From Antedon mediterranea (taxonomy: Eukaryota > Animalia > Echinodermata), in contig NC_092671.1 of the NCBI RefSeq assembly GCF_964355755.1, positions 33,986,304 to 34,050,303 of the forward strand: 64,000 nucleotides of DNA. The letters are read 5' to 3'. How positions within the stretch are numbered: position 1 is the first letter of the stretch; every line of letters begins with the position of its first letter. Positions 26,901 through 37,900 of this stretch are shown in pieces. Both the position numbers and the translations under genes were made by a program. Below the pieces are notes generated by a model that saw only the letters and a list, made by a program, of their open reading frames with translations, made no database searches and had not been told where the DNA came from.

Positions 26901-29900
26901 GCCTTCTTTTACTTCTGATGCTGCATGATTTAACAGTAAACCCATTTCACGTTCAGATTTTGACATATATCCTATAACGTAAATTATACATGCATATACA
27001 TTTGTAATATATTGAATATCCATATTTGCATTCCATGCTCTCAATAAGGAAGGATTATATTGATTCACCCACACATCTTGAGGGTTTCTCTTTATAACAA
27101 TTTTTTCCTCAGTAGCCACACAATTATTTGCTTTCTCAAATGCACTCTGTGTAATACCTAAACTTTGGAAAAGTTCTATTGCATTTTTATATGTTTCTTC
27201 ATTAGTCACAGCATCTTTTACTGAGGTTAACAGCTCCATTGCTTCTTTATTGTCATCATTATCATCATTGTCTTTATCCACAATTGTAGGTCTCATAACA
27301 AATGTATTTCCAGAAGGTTGTCTGGGAAAGTTAAATCTGCAATTTGTTCCCTTTTTTTTACATGATTTAGAATGTCTTTTACTGTGAATTTGCACACTTT
27401 TAACAATTTCATTCAGTTCACGATCTACAGTTTCACATGGCACAGCACAAGAAATATATTTATCAACAAAATTAATAACTTCATTATCTTTATCTGTACC
27501 AAAAATAGGAGCATTTTCAACCCATACTAACATATGAACATGTGGACTTCCTCTCATTTGAAATTCAATTCGATAAAAATAATCTACGACTTTACCAATA
27601 GGCTGTGCTTCAGACAAAATTACATTTTTCAAAAAAGTATGAAAGCGTTTATCAAACATTCTGGCAACAGTCACTGGATTTGATTTCAACAAATTACATT
27701 TATCTGCCCATTCTAATTCTTCAATGTTTCTTTGGTCTCCAGACTGACTTAGCAATGTCGTCATTATTTCTTTCCAACGGAAATCAGCACTTGAGAATGA
27801 AAGAAAGAATGTTGGTTTTCCAATCTGTCTAACCATTGCTATTATATCTTTTTGTGTAGCTTGCCAGTACGGTGGAGTTCCACGAATTTGTTTTAGAAAT
27901 TTATAACCCCTATCAGATTTTAAAATCTCCTGAATTTTGGTAACATTTTTTAAATCGGATACAGTTACTTTGCTAAAATCATCTTTTTTACTTGACCCTT
28001 TTCGCAATGCAATAGAAATACTTGATAAAATTTGTTGAAGTTCATATAAAGATTGAGCATAAAATATGAATTCTGTATTTTGTGCAAACCTGTTATCTAT
28101 ATGCATTAATCTATTGTGAAAATAACGTCCAAGTGTTATTTTAACATCTCTCGTATCATGGAATGTTGGTTGGCCTGTTGGAAATAAAACTGGAAATGAT
28201 TTTGCTTCATTGCTTTTATTACTTAACAAGGCAATAGGACTATTATTTTCACATGGTGCACAACAAATTATGTCATTAAAATATTCATCAACCAAATTTT
28301 GTCGTCTGTCAACAGGTTGAAGACTTGTATCAAAGGTAACACCACATAATCGGTCTTCTATTTCTTCTTCTTTTTCTTCTTCTTCTTCATTGTTTTCATT
28401 TTCATTAGTAGTTTCCCTTTCGATGTTATCTTCAGATAAATAATTGTGCCATTCTTCATTAATAGCTATATCAAAATAGCACTTGTTATGATCCTGTAAA
28501 TATCTAAGAGCTTGAATAACATTGGCAGTGTTAACAAATTTATATTTGTAATAACCTTTGTAAGACAACTTTCGCTTCAATTTTACAGATATTAATTGAT
28601 CATCAACCTGTGGTCTAGGAAGCATTTTTACAGTTTCAATAGTATTTGAAGGTACACATACAACAGGTCCATGTATTCCATTCTGTCCACCTTTAGGTAA
28701 ATTCATTAATTTCATAAAAGGAATGTTCAATCCAATCAAATGCTGCTCTAAATTATTTAAACACCTAAGCTCAGGAGGAATATCGTGTAGTTGTAAATTG
28801 TTTGAATTGGCTTCTGCAGGGACTTTCCCGTTTAACAATTTCCTGTGGCATGTGAAACAAATCCATAAACGACATCTTGGTGATTCGATAAATTGACAAG
28901 GTTTATTACATTCATTGTTGCAAATATGCAAATACTTTTCATTTATACAAGCCTTATTTTTGTACTTAGCTTTGGTGCACTTCATAACTTGATCTTTGAA
29001 TAACATTTTAAAGCATACACAACAAACATATTCAGGACCACGAGAAACTGTTTCTCTGAAGTTTTCTAAAACAAACTCAAAATTAGTGTTTTTTGTTTTC
29101 CTTTTTTCCCGATTCTTCATGTTTTTCTTCATGACATTTTTTCGGAACCCTTCATCACAATGATACTTTTCTGTAAATCTTTTCTTACACCTTTGACGAA
29201 ATTTTAAATTACCTCGATATTTCTCAGCCAATTTTTGTTTACAGTTTTGTCTAAATTTCAAATTACTCCGATATTTTTCAGCCAATTTGTTTTTACAGTT
29301 TTGTCTAAATTTCAAATTACTCCGATACTTTTCAGCCAATTTGTCTTTACAGTTTTGTCTAAATTTCAAATTACTCCGATACTTTTCTGCCAATTTCTCT
29401 TTACAGTTTTGTCTAAATTTCAAATTACTCCGATACTTTTCTACCAATTTCTGCTTACAGTTTTGTCTAAATTTCAAATTACTCCGATACTTCTCTGCCA
29501 ATTTTTGCTTACAGTTTTGTCGAAATTTTAAATTATTCCGATACTTCTCTGCCAATTTCTCCTTACAGTTTTGACGAAATTTCAAATTACTTCGATACTT
29601 CTCTGCCAATTTTTGGGTAACATTTTCTCTGAATTTGGAATTATTACAATACTTCTCTGCTAATTTCTGCTTCAAGTTTTGTTGAAATGTTAGATCATTG
29701 TGATACTTTTTCTTATTTCTTTGATTATTGTTTTGTCTAGTTTTATGTCTAAATATTGTATCATTGTTGTATCTATTTTTCTTTGTTTCTTTCAAATTTT
29801 GCCTATACTTTTCATTAAATTTATAATTTAACAAATTGGCGGCTTTTTTGGTTGTTCGGTAATGCAAATTATTGTTGTAGTTATGTCTAGCTTTATTTCG

Positions 29901-32900
29901 TACCTTAACATTATATTCAGGATCACATCTATACATTTTGTATTGTCTTTTTCTGTTATCTTTACTTTTTTGGAATTTATAATCATCATCATCACAATAT
30001 TTCATTTGTTGTGCCTCTTTTACTTTGCGTTTCTTTTCATCTCTGTATACAGAATCACTTTGATATTTGTTTTCGATTTCATTTGTTTCTTCTGAATTAT
30101 TGTTTTCTTCTCTTTCCCGTTTAATTCTCTGTCGATTCTTGGCACTTTCTTTTCTAATTCTATAAGATGGTTTTCGTTTTCTGCTCAATATTTTTACTCT
30201 GCTTTCTGAACAAGGTCTTTCAACAGTTTTACTCTGTTTGTGTTTTGGTTCTATATCTTCAAATGTGTCACAAGTTTCTTTTCCTGTTTGCTTTCGTTTC
30301 CTTGTTGTCACATTCATATCAACTTGTCCTGTTGTTTCCTGAACATTATTTTGACTCACATTGACAGATTCTACTACATTAAAGTGTACATTCATGGTGT
30401 ACAAAATATATATACCATTGTCAGTTGTAACATCATCTATTCTTCCCGGCTTTTTAGCAGAAAACAATTGCCACGTCAAAAGTTGATCATTAAATGAATA
30501 AATATCCGTATTAAGCAAGTTTGCCATTGCACTTATTTCAGTATTGGATGCCCACGTTCCATTATCCATTACTCTTTTTTTAAACACATATTCCTTAACT
30601 GATCTATATTCGTGACTAAATGTATTAATAAACAAGTCACCAGTCTCCAATAAATGATTAGTAATTGCTCTTCTTAAAAGAAAATGATTATCTTCAGTAC
30701 CAGAAATAATGTATGAAATTGCACGATAAAAACAATTACCATCACCTGTAATATTCGTAATTTGAAGAGGATGTCCAATCTGACTAGCTCTGTTAATACC
30801 ACAATTCATATCGGTATGTTCACAATGAATGCCTACTTCTTTACACATGTTTTTCTTTTGTGCTTCTGAGATAGGAATAAATTTAAAATTCTTGTCAGGT
30901 CGTTCTCCATACTGAACATTAACGATTTCAATATCACTATCACTTTGCCATCCATTACTTGATGAGACATGACCTTCTTTATTATGTGTTTTGCCTTTAA
31001 CTTTATAATCACTATTCTTGTCTGGTAATCTTGTACTACATTTATACTGATAAGACGTACTAGGTTCATCAACATCGACGTTTCCCAAGTTGCTTTGTTC
31101 ACAATTATCATCGAGCACAGAAGCGGAACATAACATCATAGACTTATTTTCAATATTTACACCAGTCAGTTCAAACTCGGTTTCATGTAAATTACAGTTC
31201 ATTGACTTTGCTAATCTTATACAATAATCGTACACACCTTGCCAAGATGGACTGTAAAGTAAAATACTCTTTCCATGTTCACTAACACAACCAAATCGAT
31301 CTCTTGCATGTGGATCAAATATAAGAAATCCATTTACACGTTTGATAATAGAAAATGTGCTTCTGTTGAAATTCATAAAAAATGCATCATGTTGGTGTAA
31401 TTCTTTTTCAAGAGCTTGGTTTAATGACAAGGCTCCGTATTCAGCCATAAATTCGAGATTCCCATCTATTATGCCAAAAACTGATTCTTTGGGAGATATT
31501 ACAAATGTGTTATCCAAGATATCCAATTCTTTCGGCAGTTCAGAAATCATTAAAAGGTCCTCGTGCATAGTGGAATCTTTCTGAATGTAACAGTACAACT
31601 CGTTTCCAAGAGTCAATATTGTGTCAAGGTCTTTGGTGTAAAATTCATTTCCATTCCTCTTTGTAGAATAAAGAATAGCTACAAGACTATTTGCAACACA
31701 CTGTTTACCACTTGCAAAGCCAAATCTATAATTCCCTTGATTAAAATTACCCTGTGCTACAGTTATATTTTCATTACTATTATATACTTGTAATTCATTT
31801 ATTGATTGTGTTTTCTGCCTTTTTCGTGTATTTTTTTGTTTTGGTACATCATCGATTATCAATTCATCCGAAAAATTATTTTTTGTTAAAACTTCAATAT
31901 CCACATCGATAGTATGTTGGTTACATTTAGGTTTAGTATGGAACCTAATTTTTTCAGTCACTGCTTTTTTGCATCCGTCATCAATTATCAATACTTCATT
32001 TTCTTCAAATTCACAACTTGCACATGTTTGATTTTTATGATCTGTACCATTACTATCAATTAATCTACTTCTGTCATTTATTTTGCTATTATTTTGTGCT
32101 TTCGCATCGTCAGTCGCTGTGTTGTCGTTTTCTACAGTACATTCTATTTTAAAATCCTCGTCAGTTTTCGTTTCAGAATTGTCAGTATTACCCATGTTCT
32201 TTATATCTTTCATAGTATCGCAATCATTCTTTAAATTCACATTACCTTGTGCTTTTTTGTTATCAATCTTCTTAGTTTTGACAAAACGACCTTTGTTATT
32301 TCGTAAACGTTTCGAACCACCACCTGATTGTTGTTGTATTCCGTTTGTTACTTTTGTATTTTTCAAAACATCACACATAGGCCTACCACTGTCGTCAATT
32401 ATTGTTTGTGAATTTCCCAATACATTCGTTTTAGAATTTTCTTTGTTGTATTCTCTGTAAGTATTTGTATTCATATTCCATTCCATTTTGTTATTATTTC
32501 GTCTTTCATAGAAATCTTTTACACCTTTGCCAATATATTTTACACCTGGTTCTAAACTTATACCATTTATAACGGGCTTTCTCCTTTTCTTATTTCCTCT
32601 ATTTTTACATCTTTTTTTTTTGTTGTCGGTTCTTTTCTTTGATCTTACTCTCATCCAATCACTACCAAGTAAATCTTCACTTCCTGTTTGTTGACATTTT
32701 AATTTGGCATTATTACAACGTTTTTCTTTATTTTTCGTTAATTCTGGAAAGTCTGCAGTGACAGATTCATCAGGTTCTAGAATCGTATATCTATTGAAAT
32801 GACAGGGAATACCTATTTCACCCAACATGTTATTAACAAAATTACTATTCCCACACATTGAACAAATCCAAATTACCCTGGAATTACATAGTTTGTCTTC

Positions 32901-33365
32901 AAAAACATCTCTTACACATTTCACATGAAAATATTGACTACAACAGTCACATGTTATGCAATTGTCGTCTACTTTCACTTCAATATTACAGAAATCGCAT
33001 GTATCATCAAACTCTGAAGTGACCTCTGTACCATAAGATAATATGTTTATGATATCATCAATTATTCCTTTAAATTCAGTTGTATCTTTCATAAATTCAC
33101 AATTGACATTACCTGTATCATCATTTCTCTCGTCTTTGACATTCTCAGTTGAACAGCATTCATCAAGTAGGTCCAAGATATCATTAACAACTATTTTAAA
33201 TTCTGCTGTCTTATCCATAACTCCATTATTAACATTACCAGTTGTATTGACAAAAATCTGCTTTTTACTTGTAACTTCTTTATTCACATTTTTACACAAA
33301 TAAATTATCATTGTAAAGATAATCAACAAAAAGATACCAACTACTGCTATGAATTCCATATCCAT
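23991..33365 (-). CDS. Helentron Rep-helicase-endonuclease transposase polyprotein (3124 aa)
   Basis: Uninterrupted ORF. Motifs: PHD-like C4HC3 (~32855-33000); herpes-tegument-type papain protease QGNFNQG..QCVANS..FDPH (~31160-31760); OTU GDGNCFYRAIS..HF (~30370-30770); Rep motifs PTFFLSFS, YRIEFQMRGSPHVHMLVW (HUH) and YVIGYMSK (Y2) (~26950-27820); PIF1 helicase GGAGTGKS, IIDEISMV, FPLKLAYACTVHKVQG, GQAYVALSRV (~24760-26030); APE endonuclease HNIQGL, LTETW, IYRPP, GDFN, IDH, SYH (23991-24645). Confidence 0.97.
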   Translation of the reverse strand: MDMEFIAVVGIFLLIIFTMIIYLCKNVNKEVTSKKQIFVNTTGNVNNGVMDKTAEFKIVVNDILDLLDECCSTENVKDERNDDTGNVNCEFMKDTTEFKGIIDDIINILSYGTEVTSEFDDTCDFCNIEVKVDDNCITCDCCSQYFHVKCVRDVFEDKLCNSRVIWICSMCGNSNFVNNMLGEIGIPCHFNRYTILEPDESVTADFPELTKNKEKRCNNAKLKCQQTGSEDLLGSDWMRVRSKKRTDNKKKRCKNRGNKKRRKPVINGISLEPGVKYIGKGVKDFYERRNNNKMEWNMNTNTYREYNKENSKTNVLGNSQTIIDDSGRPMCDVLKNTKVTNGIQQQSGGGSKRLRNNKGRFVKTKKIDNKKAQGNVNLKNDCDTMKDIKNMGNTDNSETKTDEDFKIECTVENDNTATDDAKAQNNSKINDRSRLIDSNGTDHKNQTCASCEFEENEVLIIDDGCKKAVTEKIRFHTKPKCNQHTIDVDIEVLTKNNFSDELIIDDVPKQKNTRKRQKTQSINELQVYNSNENITVAQGNFNQGNYRFGFASGKQCVANSLVAILYSTKRNGNEFYTKDLDTILTLGNELYCYIQKDSTMHEDLLMISELPKELDILDNTFVISPKESVFGIIDGNLEFMAEYGALSLNQALEKELHQHDAFFMNFNRSTFSIIKRVNGFLIFDPHARDRFGCVSEHGKSILLYSPSWQGVYDYCIRLAKSMNCNLHETEFELTGVNIENKSMMLCSASVLDDNCEQSNLGNVDVDEPSTSYQYKCSTRLPDKNSDYKVKGKTHNKEGHVSSSNGWQSDSDIEIVNVQYGERPDKNFKFIPISEAQKKNMCKEVGIHCEHTDMNCGINRASQIGHPLQITNITGDGNCFYRAISYIISGTEDNHFLLRRAITNHLLETGDLFINTFSHEYRSVKEYVFKKRVMDNGTWASNTEISAMANLLNTDIYSFNDQLLTWQLFSAKKPGRIDDVTTDNGIYILYTMNVHFNVVESVNVSQNNVQETTGQVDMNVTTRKRKQTGKETCDTFEDIEPKHKQSKTVERPCSESRVKILSRKRKPSYRIRKESAKNRQRIKREREENNNSEETNEIENKYQSDSVYRDEKKRKVKEAQQMKYCDDDDYKFQKSKDNRKRQYKMYRCDPEYNVKVRNKARHNYNNNLHYRTTKKAANLLNYKFNEKYRQNLKETKKNRYNNDTIFRHKTRQNNNQRNKKKYHNDLTFQQNLKQKLAEKYCNNSKFRENVTQKLAEKYRSNLKFRQNCKEKLAEKYRNNLKFRQNCKQKLAEKYRSNLKFRQNCKQKLVEKYRSNLKFRQNCKEKLAEKYRSNLKFRQNCKDKLAEKYRSNLKFRQNCKNKLAEKYRSNLKFRQNCKQKLAEKYRGNLKFRQRCKKRFTEKYHCDEGFRKNVMKKNMKNREKRKTKNTNFEFVLENFRETVSRGPEYVCCVCFKMLFKDQVMKCTKAKYKNKACINEKYLHICNNECNKPCQFIESPRCRLWICFTCHRKLLNGKVPAEANSNNLQLHDIPPELRCLNNLEQHLIGLNIPFMKLMNLPKGGQNGIHGPVVCVPSNTIETVKMLPRPQVDDQLISVKLKRKLSYKGYYKYKFVNTANVIQALRYLQDHNKCYFDIAINEEWHNYLSEDNIERETTNENENNEEEEEKEEEIEDRLCGVTFDTSLQPVDRRQNLVDEYFNDIICCAPCENNSPIALLSNKSNEAKSFPVLFPTGQPTFHDTRDVKITLGRYFHNRLMHIDNRFAQNTEFIFYAQSLYELQQILSSISIALRKGSSKKDDFSKVTVSDLKNVTKIQEILKSDRGYKFLKQIRGTPPYWQATQKDIIAMVRQIGKPTFFLSFSSADFRWKEIMTTLLSQSGDQRNIEELEWADKCNLLKSNPVTVARMFDKRFHTFLKNVILSEAQPIGKVVDYFYRIEFQMRGSPHVHMLVWVENAPIFGTDKDNEVINFVDKYISCAVPCETVDRELNEIVKSVQIHSKRHSKSCKKKGTNCRFNFPRQPSGNTFVMRPTIVDKDNDDNDDNKEAMELLTSVKDAVTNEETYKNAIELFQSLGITQSAFEKANNCVATEEKIVIKRNPQDVWVNQYNPSLLRAWNANMDIQYITNVYACIIYVIGYMSKSEREMGLLLNHAASEVKEGNEDARQSLRKLGNVYMNNREVSAQESIYRVCSLRLKECSRKVEFIPVGPNPVRMSLPLSVIKNKEDDDVSAWLPNKIDKYKARPNSSEFNKMCLAKFCSEYRILSSSEMKGNKQKKNVFQLKKQLGFIQKRTRTSNAIVRYPRFPMDTAPEKYFLSILQLFLPFRKDEQLKPPNFETYEQFHEKGCVKLCGCQLQTVKSIVHGNMEQYEKSADDVEEAQECLSKFGPQEDAWSLLCPESEKERLDNPKPNVEVDDEEDEFFIPDFGIQKNHTSKVESNSSNIPRPELNKMIRSLNEKQQHIFYKTRQWCLDKANGKKPEAFYTFITGGAGTGKSHLVNCIYNEATRILGKIMENPDDLSILKLAPTGIAAYNIKGQTIHSALSIPINISLPYQPLGEEKISALRNKLGQLQIVIIDEISMVNQRLLWYIHGRLRQIKQVRNDSPFGNISVIAVGDFYQLPPVMGSSLYKDTLESSLWVDNFKQVQLDQIMRQKEDKEFALLLNKLRTKEKHDCLSDNDLFVLKSRETGEECEDAVHIYPRNKQVDEWNKKMLHKICTDIVCIEAEDSVVNAKKQTKICEKPRNSRQTSLLNYLWIALNARVMLIKNVDVKKGLTNGCMGHVYEIVKPNNNAKPVSIKVKFDNNDIGVQAIEMFKESMGNKYSRKQFPLKLAYACTVHKVQGLTMNEAVVCLKNTFAPGQAYVALSRVTSISGLTIEHLNHNLIYCDPNIKKCLNNMDSYVQCEKQGHDSDSKFSIMLHNIQGLKQHFADLQCNDLFMNSTIICLTETWLNKDDDVFEVNIEPYKLYHQARYDSYSNRNVLSSKLKNQAHGGVAVYTKNTFSSRLNIPNYDIEAVSFLITSPISVSVSVIYRPPSYDINQFCQNLRKYLEELQKVSTKCIVMGDFNENLFKQSSRVNNLMSENEYRQHVTCSTTENNTLIDHVYSKGLDSVQAEVIPIYYSYHEAIQIKF
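29200..29665 (-). repeat. Coding 54-bp tandem repeat (18 aa, KLAEKYRSNLKFRQNCKx), about 9 copies
   Basis: ttacagttttg recurs at 29239, 29293, 29347, 29401, 29455 and 29509. Confidence 0.95.
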
Positions 33366-33929
33366 TATTCAAAATTTGTATAAGAAACAAATTTCTTCAA
33401 ATTTATAAACTTTGTTTACAAATTAAATTAAAATGTATTCTGCAATTCCAATGAATATTACAATTAGGTTCTTTTTATCAATTCAAACTTCAAAAAAGAA
33501 ATCCTTGCTACAACAAAATAAATTATTAAAAATTCCAAAAACAATTCAACTTTATATTGTCTTTTGTTTCTATGACTTTTAACTTTTGTCCTAATTTCTT
33601 TTCTCTTTGTCAATACTTTTTTTGTCTGCTTTTTTTCAATAATTCGATTATACAATTTCACTGAATAAAAAAATTAGCTTCTGCTTAATATTGGCTTGAT
33701 GAAATACTTTATATTATTTTCAACTTCTCTTTAATACTTGGTTATGCTAAATAGTTTCAGATTCTAATTTTTATTCTTTTTACAATTCTATTTAATAACA
33801 GATTCAAATAAAAGTGACCTTTAAATCTTCTTTAATTAATTCTTTTGTAATAAACTCTGTTTAATATTTATTTCTTTATAATAAGCTTCTGTTTTATTCT
33901 TCAAACTTTTGTTTGTATAATCAAACTTT

Positions 33930-34205
33930 AACTTTACACTTTTGCTTTTGCAAAAATGGTTTTGTAATAAACTTTTGTTTATTAGTTGTTTCCTTGTGAT
34001 TAACTTCTGTTATCTTCAAGGTTTTACACTTTTGCTTTTGCAAAAATGGTTTTGTAATAAACTTTTGTTTATTAGTTGTTTCCTTGTGATTAACTTTTGT
34101 TATCTTCAAGGTTTTACACTTTTGCTTTTGCAAAAATGGTTTGTAATAAACTTTTGTTTATTAGTTTTTCCTTGTGATAAACTTCTGTTTACTTCAAGGT
34201 TTTAT
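33930..34205. repeat. 90-bp tandem repeat, 3 copies
   Basis: ttacacttttgcttttgcaaaaatgg at ~33934, 34024 and 34114. Confidence 0.9.
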
Positions 34206-34939
34206 TGAATGTTTCAAAGATACTTTTAAAAAATGTTTAAAAAGAAATTGTGCATATATTAAAATTCGGTAACCCCTCGTAGAAACTCTCTTTGGAGAGT
34301 GGATCTTTTTCTAAAGACCCGGATCTCTTCTGAGATCCAGTGGGTTTATATAAGACAGTCACCTACAATAAAAGAAAAAAAAAAGAGTTAGTTATTAATT
34401 TTAAGATACACGGTACAGTACTAAGAATTCCAGTCAAACAATTATAAATTGAATCAGTAGATAAATCAGTGTTTTTACAAATACCTAAATAATAATATAC
34501 ATATCCCCCTTGTGGAATGTAACATGATCTATTGGGCCTAGCAAAACAAATTAGGACCAACTCACTACTAAATTTAGGATAGAGACCCATTTTATAAAAT
34601 TGCAAATTTATGTCTGGAGAAACTGACCACCACATTTATGTTAAAAAGGATGATTGTCCCAAATTTTGAAGTAAACGGTGATAATATATTTGTGACTTTG
34701 GTTTATACAATATAAATAAATCACTATAGAAGATATTTTGACCTAAAAATATGTCAAAACTTCATTACATGGAATGTGTCGGAAACAAATTCTTTCATAA
34801 AAATTTCACCTTTAAAATTAATCTGAAAATAGGTTTAATTATTCAATGTTCTAATAAAATAGAATTTTATACACAAAAATATTTGGTCACTCAGTATAGT
34901 AAATTTACAAACAACACATGTTTATCAATTAAGGGAGGG

Positions 34940-37900
34940 CATAAAGTAAGGAAAATATGTTTTTTCCGTTTTACAGATAATTTTCTAATACTCACAGCTG
35001 TAACTGACACTGTATATTTTCTGTACAACTACAATCTAAAAAATAAAAGGAAAATCATTAATAATGGCAAATAAACAACATTAACACTTTTTTAAAATCA
35101 ACATGCTTCTTAATCAATGCCAACGGTTCACAAACTAAAGAAAATATGTTTTATCCGTTTAACAGATAATCTACTAATACTCACAGCTGTAGCTGACACT
35201 GTATATGTTCTACAATCTAAAACAAAAAAACAAGGAAAAATATTAATAATTGGCAATAAACAACATTAACACTTTTTCCAAATCAACATGCTTCTTAATC
35301 AATGTCTGAAAAATTAAGAAATTCCTCAAAATAACTTTGGGTATGAGACAGCTGGTTAGGGCCTACATGTTGTCTCTATGCTAATTTCATTTAATATTTT
35401 ATTCACAAACCATAAAATCTGAATGCCGTAAATGTTTCATAATAGAAAATTCCTACAAAATAACAGGCAACTGTTCACAAAGTAAGGAAAATATGTTTTC
35501 TCCGTTTAACAGATAATCTACTAATACTCACAGCTGTAGCTAACACTGTATATTTTCTACAATCTAAAAACAACAAGGAAAAACATTGATAATGGCAAGA
35601 AACAACATTAACCCTTTCGCTAAATCAACGTGCTTCTTAATCAATGACTGAAAATTAAAAAATTTCCTCAAAAAAACCTTGGATATGGGCCGGCTGATTG
35701 GGGTCTACATGTTGTCTCAATACTACTTTCATTTAATATCTTATTCACAAACCATAAAATCTGAAATATGTAAATGTTTCATAATATAAAATGCCTACAA
35801 AATAACAGGCAACAGTTCACAAAGTAAGGAAAATATGTTTTCTCCATTTAACAAATAATCTACTAATACTCACAGCTGTAGCTGAAACTGTTAATTTTCT
35901 ACAATCTAAAAAAAAACAAGGAAAAACATTGATAATGGCAATAAACAACATTAACACTTTTTCCAAATCAACATGCTTCTTAATCAATGTCTGAAAAATT
36001 AGGAAATTTCCTCAAAATGACTTTGGGTATGGGCCGGCTGATTGCGGCCTACATGTTGTCTCAATGGTAATTTCATTTAATTATTTGATCACAAACAATA
36101 AAATCTGAATTACGTAAATGTTTCATAATAGAAAATGTCTACAAAATAACAGGCAACAGTTCACAAAGTAAGGAAAATATGTTTTCTCCGTTTAACAGAT
36201 AATCTACTAATACTCACAGCTGTAGCTAACACTGTATATGTTCTACAATCTAAAACAAAAAAACAAGGGAAAACATTAATAATTGGCAATAAACAACATT
36301 AACACTTTTTCCAAATCAACAAGCTTCTTAATCAATGTCTGAAAAATTAAGAAATTCCTCAAAATGACTTTGGGTATGAGACAGCTGGTTAGGGCCTACA
36401 TGTTGTCTCAATGCTAATTTCATTTAATATTTTATTCACAAACCATAAAATCTGAATGATGTGAATATTACATAATAGAAAATGCCTACAAAATAACAGG
36501 CAACGGTTCACAAAGTAAAGAAAATATGTTTTCTCCGTTTAACAGATAATCTACTAATACTCACAGCTGTAGCTGACACTGTATATTTTCTACAATCTAA
36601 AAAAAAACAAGAAAAAACATTAATAATTGGCAATAAACAACATTAACACTTTTTCCAAATCAACATGCTTCTTAATCGAGGTCTGAAAAATTAAGAAATT
36701 TCCTCAAAATGACTTTAGGTATGGGACGGCTGGTTAGGGCCTACATGTTGTCTCAATGCTAATTTCATTTAATATTTTATTCACAAACCATAAAATCTGA
36801 ATTATGTAAATGTTTCATAATAGAAAATGCCTACAAAATAACAGGCAACTGTTCACAAAGTAAGGAAAATATGTTTTCTCCGTTTAACGGATAATCTACT
36901 AATACTCACAGCTATAGCTAACACTGTATATTTTCTACAATCTAAAAACAACAAGGAAAAACATTGATATTGGCAATAAACAACATTAACCCTTTTCCTA
37001 AATCAACATGCTTCTTAATCAATGTCTGAAAAATTAAGAAATTTCCTCAAAATAACTTTGGGTATGGGCCGGCTGATTGCGGCCTACATGTTGTCTCAAT
37101 GGTAATTTCATTTAATTGTTTGATCACAAACTATAAAATCTGAATTACGTAAATGTTTCATAATAGAAAATGTCTACAAAATAACAGGCAACAGTTCACA
37201 AAGTAAGGAAAATATGTTTTCTCCGTTTAACAGATAATCTACTGATACTCACAGCTGTAGCTGAAACTGTATATTTTCTACAATCTAAAAAAAAACAAGG
37301 AAAAACATTGATAATGGCAATAAACAACATTAACACTTTTTCCAAATCAACAAGCTTCTTAATCAATGTCTGAAAAATTAAGAAATTTCCTCAAAATGAC
37401 TTTGGGTATGAGACGACTGATTAGGGCAGGCAACAGTTCACAAAGTAAGGAAAATATGTTTTCTCCGTTTAACAAATAATCTACTAATACTCACAGCTGT
37501 AGCTAAAACTGTATATTTTCTACAATCTAAAAAAAACAAGGAAAAACATTGATAATGGTAATAAACAACATTTACACTTTTTCCAAATCAACAAGCTTCT
37601 TAATCAATGTCTGAAAAATTAAGAATTTTCCTCAAAATGACTTTGGGCATGGGTCGGCTAATTGCGGCCTAAATGTTGTCTCAATGCTAATTTCATTTAA
37701 TATTTTATTCACAAATCATAAAATCTGAATGATGTAAATGTTTCATAATAGAAAATGCCTACAAAATAACAGGCAACAGTTCACAAAGTAAGGAAAATAT
37801 GTTTTCTCTGTTTAACAGATAATCTACTAATACTCACAGCTGTAGCTGACACTGTATATTTTCTACAATCTAAAAAAAAAACAAAGAAAAACATTAATAA

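Noticed and set aside
31160-31760. Endogenous herpesvirus
   Set aside because: Only one protease domain inside the transposase; no other viral genes.
24414-33303. Plus-strand ORFs overlapping RepHel
   Set aside because: Antisense shadows of the long ORF.
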